Origin: Candidatus Latescibacterota bacterium
GTDB lineage: Bacteria > Latescibacterota > UBA2968 > UBA8231
NCBI GenBank assembly: GCA_965200315.1
Contig: OZ241362.1
Span: 5,152,001-5,216,000 of the forward strand
Direction: 5' to 3'
Length of the DNA stretch: 64,000 nt
Shown here: positions 58,575 to 64,000 of the stretch, piece after piece
How positions within the stretch are numbered: position 1 is the stretch's first letter
Layout of the letters: each line of letters opens with the position of its first letter
The notes under the pieces: generated by a model
Seen by the model: only the letters and a program-made list of their open reading frames with translations
Databases searched by the model: none
What the model was told of the DNA's origin: nothing
Program-made: the position numbers and the translations under genes

Positions 58575-59930
58575 ATGACTACCGACCTAGCACTTCTCCA
58601 CCGCGACCCGCAATACACCTACCCGGTTCTCGTCAAGGGCGAGGGGATTTACTTATACGACGAAGCGGGCAATCGCTATATCGACGGCACGGCCGGGGCT
58701 GGCAACGTCACCCTAGGCCACGGTCGTCATGCCATCGTCGAGGCTATGGCCGCTCAGGGAAGGGAATTGGCCTATTGTTTTTCGACGTTTTTTACCAACC
58801 CTCCGGCCCTTGAATACGCCCGCCGCTTGGCCGAACTGGCCCCCGGGGATTTGAACCACGCGTACTTTGTCTCGGGTGGCTCCGAAGGCGTGGAGACGGC
58901 CATTAAACTGGCCCGCTTGTACCATCTGCAGCGGGGCCAAGCGCAAAAGCACCAGATCATCGGTCGCTGGCGCGGCTATCACGGTGCTACTTTGGGGGCC
59001 TTGGCCGCTACCGGGATGCCGGGGCTGCGGGTGCCTTTTGAGCCATATCTGCCAGCTTTTCCGCACATTGCCTCGTGCTATCCTTATCGCTGCGCTTTTG
59101 CCGGTTGCGAAGATCGCTGCAATTTGACCTGTGCCCGTCAGTTAGAAGAGACCATCGCGAGGTAGGGGCCGACAATATCGCGGCCTTTATCGCCGAGCCG
59201 GTGGTCATGGCCGGGGTCGCCGCTGGGGTACCGCCGCCCGATTACTACCCTCTCATTCGCCAAATCTGCGCCGAGCCACGACGTCCTTTTTATCGCCGAC
59301 GAGATCATCACCGGCTTTGGCCGCACCGGCAAACTCTTTGCCATTGAGCATTGGGACGTAGTGCCCGATATGATCGTTTTTGGCAAAGGGGCCAGCAGCG
59401 GATACGCGCCCTTGGGAGGGGTGTTGCTGAGCGAACAGATGCGGCGGGGCCTCACCCGCAGCGGCCAAGCCCTGCCGCACGTTTTTACCTATGTCAACAA
59501 CCCAGTAGCCATGCGCGCTGGCTTGGCCGTACTGGACCTGCTAAAAGAAGAAGGGATCGTGCAACACGCCGCTCAGGTGGGGGCCTATTTGCAGGAAAAG
59601 GCCCCGAGCTTGACGCGCCACGCTTGCGTCGGCCAAGTGCGCGGCAAGGGCCTGATGCTGGGGATTGAACTGGTGCAGGATCGCCGCAGTCGCAAGCCCT
59701 TTCCCCCTGAGTGGGGCGTGGCGCAGCGCGTGCCTCTGCTTGCCTTGGAACGGGGCTTGGCTATTTCGGGCACTAGCGGGGGAGCCAATTGGGTTGCGGG
59801 CGATGATTTGCGCTTTTACCCGCCGCTGATCATTGCGCAGGAACAGCTCGACGAGTCCCTAGCTATCATGGACGAGTGTTTGGGATTGCTGGAAGAGGAA
59901 CTGCGGCAAAAGGGCTGGGTGCCAGCCTAG
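58575..59930 (+). pseudogene. Class III aminotransferase with two frameshifts
   Basis: GEGIYLYDE..YIDG, SGGSEGVE, YHG; then AFIAEPV in another frame; then IADEIITGFGRTG, FGKG back in the first frame. Shifts are near 59157 and 59276. Confidence 0.8.
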
Positions 59931-60039
59931 CTCAGCGTTCCGCAACTAAAACCGCGCAACGACACGACGGCGACGTTTACCGTGCGACGACCCTAACACA
60001 AGCTAGCTCAGCGTTCCGCAACTAAAACCGCGCAACGAC
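59927..60039. repeat. Two identical 37-bp direct repeats separated by 39 bp
   Basis: CTAGCTCAGCGTTCCGCAACTAAAACCGCGCAACGAC at 59927-59963 and 60003-60039. Confidence 0.9.
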
Positions 60040-60040
60040 C

Positions 60041-60920
60041 CTATTCAATCGGCCAGATCGCTCCCATCTGCCACACGTCCAGCGATCGCACCGTCGCCGC
60101 GCCGCCTCGGGCAAATAGCTGGACGCCGAGACTATCCGGCTGGGCGGGATAGATGCGCTTGGCCAAATAATGGAGGTCATTGGCGAAGACCTCTACCACG
60201 CTCCGATCCACGAATACCCGCAATGCTAGCGGCTCGCCGTAAGGGAGGTCGAACGCACGCCGTTGCGATTCGCGATTGCTCACCTCGGGATTGATGCTGG
60301 ACCGACTTACGTCCAAAATCAACTCCCGGAGCGGACCAATTTTTTGCGGTGCGCGGTTGGCTGACCACGGATTGAGGTTGAAGCGAATGAGGGTTTGTTC
60401 TAAGCCGTCTGGCGAACAGCAAACCTTCAGACCGAATTCTTCGGCACTCTCCCATTCAAACACCGCTTGAATTTCCAGTCGGTTGCCTTTGATTGCATTG
60501 AGCGGACCCTCTTCGTCCGCAGCCAATTGGATGTCGGAAAAGTGCGCGTGCTCGCCGCGCAACGCCTCTAACCGGCAAGCCGTGATAGATAAATGTGGGC
60601 ACTCCTTCTTTGTTGATAAACGCGGCCCCGCTGTAGCACTGGTCCCGGTCGGCTCCCTCCGGCCCGGGCGGCAGCGCAATGGGGTGGTCCGTCCAGTGAA
60701 CCAAATCTGCACTGGAGGCGTGGCCCCAATGGATCGTGCCGTGGAAAGCGCCATTGGGATTGTATTGGTAAAAGATGTGGTATCGGCCCCGCCAGAAAAT
60801 GGTTCCGTTCGGGTCGTTCATCCAGTTGATCGGGGCTAGAAAATGGTAGGATGGACGATACGGATCCGACGCCAATTGCAGACGACGCGGGTCCATGTCG
60901 CGTTGCTTTGACTCAGGCAT
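60041..60920 (-). pseudogene. GH32 beta-fructosidase with large internal deletion
   Basis: RPSYHF...WMNDPNG...[12 protein letters not shown]...CYSG. It jumps and frameshifts at ~60573 to the C-terminal beta-sandwich (LRVFVDRSVVEVFAN...RIYP). The RDP and EC catalytic motifs are absent. Confidence 0.85.
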
Positions 60921-62402
60921 TTACTTGTCTCCCATGGGATTGTCCCAATCCCGTACCGGCCCTTGGGACAGCAATTCCGCGAGTGTGAGGCAGGCTAGGT
61001 CGCGTCCGTCCGCCAGTGCTTTGTCGATAGCGCGGCGGCCGCCTTTGATCTTCTTTTTCCCATGCACGATGGCGGAACGGACTCCATAGAGGGCCTTTAC
61101 TCTGTTGGATATCCAGCCGCGTTGGTCGCGTCCTTGGCCGAGCAGTCGTTCTGCCCGGATCGCCAGTTGTTGGCTCAGTTGCTGTTTGATCGGACCGTAC
61201 ATGATCTCCAAGGAGATGGAAACATCGAGGATGCGGTCCTCTGTACTAAATGGGCCGCCGACCCGAGCAAAAGAGGCGGCGAGGCGGCGGATCGCAAGGT
61301 CAATAACATCGCGCCTACCGCGATAGGTACACCAGCGGCTTGCCAAGGCCGCGAAAGCAGCCGCATCCTGCTGGCTGAATGGGTGTTCCTTGGGTGCTGA
61401 GTCGGACAAGTAGGCAGAGGAGTTGCGAAAACCGCAAGCGAAGTTGGGATCAATTTCCTCTACCCACTTGGCGACGCGGCCAAAGCTCGTGTGGAAGACC
61501 AGCGGAGTTCGCGTGGCAATCGCTAGCAAATCAACTAGGACTTTGCTGTCGTCTGGCAATCGGTCCGCAAGGTCAATCTCGTAGTCGCCGGGGAAGCGGT
61601 ACTTTACTTTCGGTCCGCAAGCGCAACGGGACTTATTGGAAAAATCGCCCCCATCCGGGGGAGGTGCGACGCCTGGCCCCCACCTTAGACTGCGCACGAG
61701 CGCGGTCGTGCGCACAGGACGGTTTGACTGGCTAGGGTCGTCGGGCAGGCCGTACGTCGCCTTGGCGTCCTCGTAGGGCGCTAGATAGGCGTCGCGGCCA
61801 AGCTCGAAGCGCCGGTCGAGTTTTAAGCCGTGCAAGATAGTGATCTCGTAGGCCGGGAGATTGGCATCCGCTCCGGCCGTCAGGTAGCGGTGCAGCAGTT
61901 GCGCGGCCTGCTCGCCGCTATCCCGCATAGTGCGTTTAGCCAGATGAGATACGAGGGACTTTAGCTCGACGTGGAACCAGTCGCACGTGGACAGCATGAA
62001 GCCGACCCCTTCGCGCTTGCCCGAACCGATCAGTCCCGGGCGCAGCAATGGATGCTCCCGCAGAATCGCCCTTGCTTCTATAGGATCGGACTTGAGCCAG
62101 AGATGGGATTCTGCGAAGAGCTTGGCGGCGGTGGGGTCGTGCTTTGCGCGGGCGGCGAGCTCTCGATATTGCTGGTTGATGCTCGGCCAGTATTCGTCTA
62201 GCGGGCCGTAGTGTGGGGTCTCTGGTGAAAAGGGGAAAGCGGGTCGCGCCTGTGCGGCAATGTCTTTGAGTGCTGCTGCTAGCCGGTCGATCCAATCGGC
62301 TGCGTTAAAGGCTGTGCCATTAGCTTGTTTATCTGGTCGAGTAAAAATGTGCCCCTTGTGATTGTCCGAGGTTGTAGTGGTGATCCTATAATCGTCAGGC
62401 AT
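60921..62402 (-). CDS. HEPN domain-containing protein (Apea-like C-terminus)
   Basis: EDRILDVSISLEIMY...LAIRA..LL...LYGVRSAIVHG (Rx4H). Confidence 0.7.
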   Translation of the reverse strand: MPDDYRITTTTSDNHKGHIFTRPDKQANGTAFNAADWIDRLAAALKDIAAQARPAFPFSPETPHYGPLDEYWPSINQQYRELAARAKHDPTAAKLFAESHLWLKSDPIEARAILREHPLLRPGLIGSGKREGVGFMLSTCDWFHVELKSLVSHLAKRTMRDSGEQAAQLLHRYLTAGADANLPAYEITILHGLKLDRRFELGRDAYLAPYEDAKATYGLPDDPSQSNRPVRTTALVRSLRWGPGVAPPPDGGDFSNKSRCACGPKVKYRFPGDYEIDLADRLPDDSKVLVDLLAIATRTPLVFHTSFGRVAKWVEEIDPNFACGFRNSSAYLSDSAPKEHPFSQQDAAAFAALASRWCTYRGRRDVIDLAIRRLAASFARVGGPFSTEDRILDVSISLEIMYGPIKQQLSQQLAIRAERLLGQGRDQRGWISNRVKALYGVRSAIVHGKKKIKGGRRAIDKALADGRDLACLTLAELLSQGPVRDWDNPMGDK

Positions 62403-62586
62403 GATGCGTACTTTCTGGGTAGTGGGGTCCGATGCTGTTCCGGCAGATGGGACCGCCTACTCGCTTTTTAAGAGAAAAACAAGGGGAGAAAACCAGGTCA
62501 AGCGCACCTACACCACCCCTGGAGGGCACTTGTGTCGAGCGTGGGGATGCGTTTTAGTAGCAGAGGATTCTCAATAGGAGTAGGTG

Positions 62587-63492
62587 GTGAAGATACTAGT
62601 AGCAGGTAGCAGCGGCTTGATAGGCACGGCGCTCTGTAGCCAGTTGGAGCGCGACGGGCACGAGGTGGTGCGTTTGGTGAGGCGGGAGCCAGCGCACGGG
62701 GAGTTGCGCTGGGCTCCAGAAGCTGGCGAGCTGGAGCAAGAGGTTCTGGAGGGGATAGAGGCGGTGGTGCATTTAGGAGGCCGGAACATCGCCGCCGGGC
62801 GCTGGACGGCCACTGTCAAGGAGCAGTTGCGCCAGAGTCGGGTGCAGACGACGCAGTTGCTCGCTGTGCGCTTGGCGGGATTAGCCGCGCCGCCGAGGGT
62901 GCTGGTCTGCGCGTCGGCCATCGGCATTTACGGCCATCGGCGCGACGAGGAGCTAGACGAAGGAAGTGCTACCGGCGAGGGGTTTTTGGCCGAGTTGGGC
63001 CGAGCGTGGGAGGGGGCGAGCGCGGTGGCTGCCGAGGCTGGTATCCGCGTCGTGCAGGCCCGCTTGGGGATCGTCCTCAGTCGCCGGGGCGGAGCGCTGG
63101 CCAAGATGCTGTTGCCCTTCCGCTTGGGGATGGGTGGCAAGATCGGCGACGGTCGGCAGTACGTTAGCTGGATTAGCTTGGAGGACGCGGTGGCAGCGCT
63201 GATCTATGCGGTGGAAAACGACGCCTTGCGCGGGCCGGTGAACCTGACCGCGCCTCAGCCGGTGACCAATGCCGAATTGACGCGGACATTGGGTCGCGTG
63301 TTGCGGCGGCCGACGCTGTTGCCGCTGCCGGCGTTTGCCGCCAAGTTGGTTTTGGGCGAATTGGCCGAGGAGGGGTTGCTGGCCAGCCAGCGGGTGCGGC
63401 CAAAGCGACTGTTGGAAGCGGGTTTCGAGTTCAAGCATCTTGAATTGGAGGGCGTGTTGCGCCAGGAGCTGGCGGCGCGGGAGTCGGATTGA
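62587..63492 (+). CDS. TIGR01777 family NAD-dependent epimerase (YfcH/YfhF-like)
   Basis: KILVAGSSGLIG, ASAIGIYG, GFLAE....WE, G.GRQYVSWI, GPVNLTAP. Confidence 0.92.
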   Translation: MKILVAGSSGLIGTALCSQLERDGHEVVRLVRREPAHGELRWAPEAGELEQEVLEGIEAVVHLGGRNIAAGRWTATVKEQLRQSRVQTTQLLAVRLAGLAAPPRVLVCASAIGIYGHRRDEELDEGSATGEGFLAELGRAWEGASAVAAEAGIRVVQARLGIVLSRRGGALAKMLLPFRLGMGGKIGDGRQYVSWISLEDAVAALIYAVENDALRGPVNLTAPQPVTNAELTRTLGRVLRRPTLLPLPAFAAKLVLGELAEEGLLASQRVRPKRLLEAGFEFKHLELEGVLRQELAARESD

Positions 63493-63493
63493 G

Positions 63494-63605
63494 GCTAAGA
63501 GGCCCCCTAACAAAGCTGGATTCCCGCTTTCGCGGGAATGACATGGGAGGGCAGTATGCCCGCGTTCCTAGGATTGCCCAACGGGTTTTGTTAGGACCTC
63601 TTAGC
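63494..63605. mobile_element. MITE-like element containing a REP-like palindrome
   Basis: Imperfect inverted ends GCTAAGAGGCCCCCTAACAAA and TTTGTTAGGACCTCTTAGC. Internal hairpin CTGGATTCCCGC-TTTC-GCGGGAATGAC (63516-63542). Confidence 0.6.
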
Positions 63606-63640
63606 TCATGGATGTAGGACAACGCCGAAGGACGGCAACA

Positions 63641-64000
63641 GTGCCGAATGCGATTAGTCTTTTTGCCGGAGCGGGTGGTTGCTCGTTGGGATTCAAGAAA
63701 GCTGATTATCAAATTCTGTATGCCTTGGACAGTGACCCAACGGCAGTTGAAACCTATAGAGCTAACTTTTCAGGGACTAGCTGCGTCCAAGGCGATGTGC
63801 GAGAGTTTGACTTCGGTATGTTGCTCAACGACTTAAAAATTAAAGCAGGTGAGCTGGATATTTTAATCGGCGGGCCGCCCTGTCAGGGTTTTAGTACTGC
63901 TGGCACTAAATTTTGGGATGATCCAAGAAATAGCCTGTTAAAAAGCTATGTTAAGTCGCTGAAAATAATGCGTCCAAAGTGGTTTATCATGGAAAACGTA
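63641..64000 (+). CDS. C5-cytosine DNA methyltransferase (runs off window)
   Basis: Not in the ORF track. My translation from GTG 63641 gives ISLFAGAGG (motif I), GGPPCQGFS (motif IV), DDPRN, MENV (motif VI). Low GC. Confidence 0.92.
   Translation, partial: MPNAISLFAGAGGCSLGFKKADYQILYALDSDPTAVETYRANFSGTSCVQGDVREFDFGMLLNDLKIKAGELDILIGGPPCQGFSTAGTKFWDDPRNSLLKSYVKSLKIMRPKWFIMENV

Noticed and set aside
59927-60039. Formal CRISPR array call
   Set aside because: There are only two repeats, no cas genes and no leader. It is reported as a plain repeat instead.
1-64000. tRNA, rRNA, integrase or prophage structural genes
   Set aside because: None were recognised by eye. tRNAscan-SE/Infernal would be needed to exclude small RNAs.

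Overview
GC-rich bacterial chromosomal segment. The secreted proteins with FlgD/T9SS-like C-termini and a TWGQIK tail suggest a Latescibacterota/FCB-related lineage; this is inference only. The backbone is mostly catabolic and envelope genes: Gfo/Idh/MocA oxidoreductases, enolase, DHDPS, aminotransferases and a lipid-modification operon. Lower-GC defence and TA cassettes are interspersed. These are a 3.6-kb IS1595-family transposon carrying a type II R-M pair and inserted into hicA, an AccI-like R-M remnant, a type III R-M system with a fused MNT-HEPN gene nested between mod and res, vapBC, a relE pseudogene, a HEPN protein and a C5 methyltransferase. The most striking candidate novelty is a two-gene cassette at 49.2-56.0 kb. 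It encodes an ~850-aa unknown protein ending in an archaeal/eukaryotic ribosomal-protein eL13-like motif, coupled to a DruE-like DEAH/DUF1998 helicase. Also notable are three accessory cassettes in the first 11 kb, each bracketed by copies of the neighbouring gene's end, and several genes collapsed by large internal deletions. No rRNA, tRNA or cas genes were recognised. All family calls come from motif recognition by eye, not from database searches.
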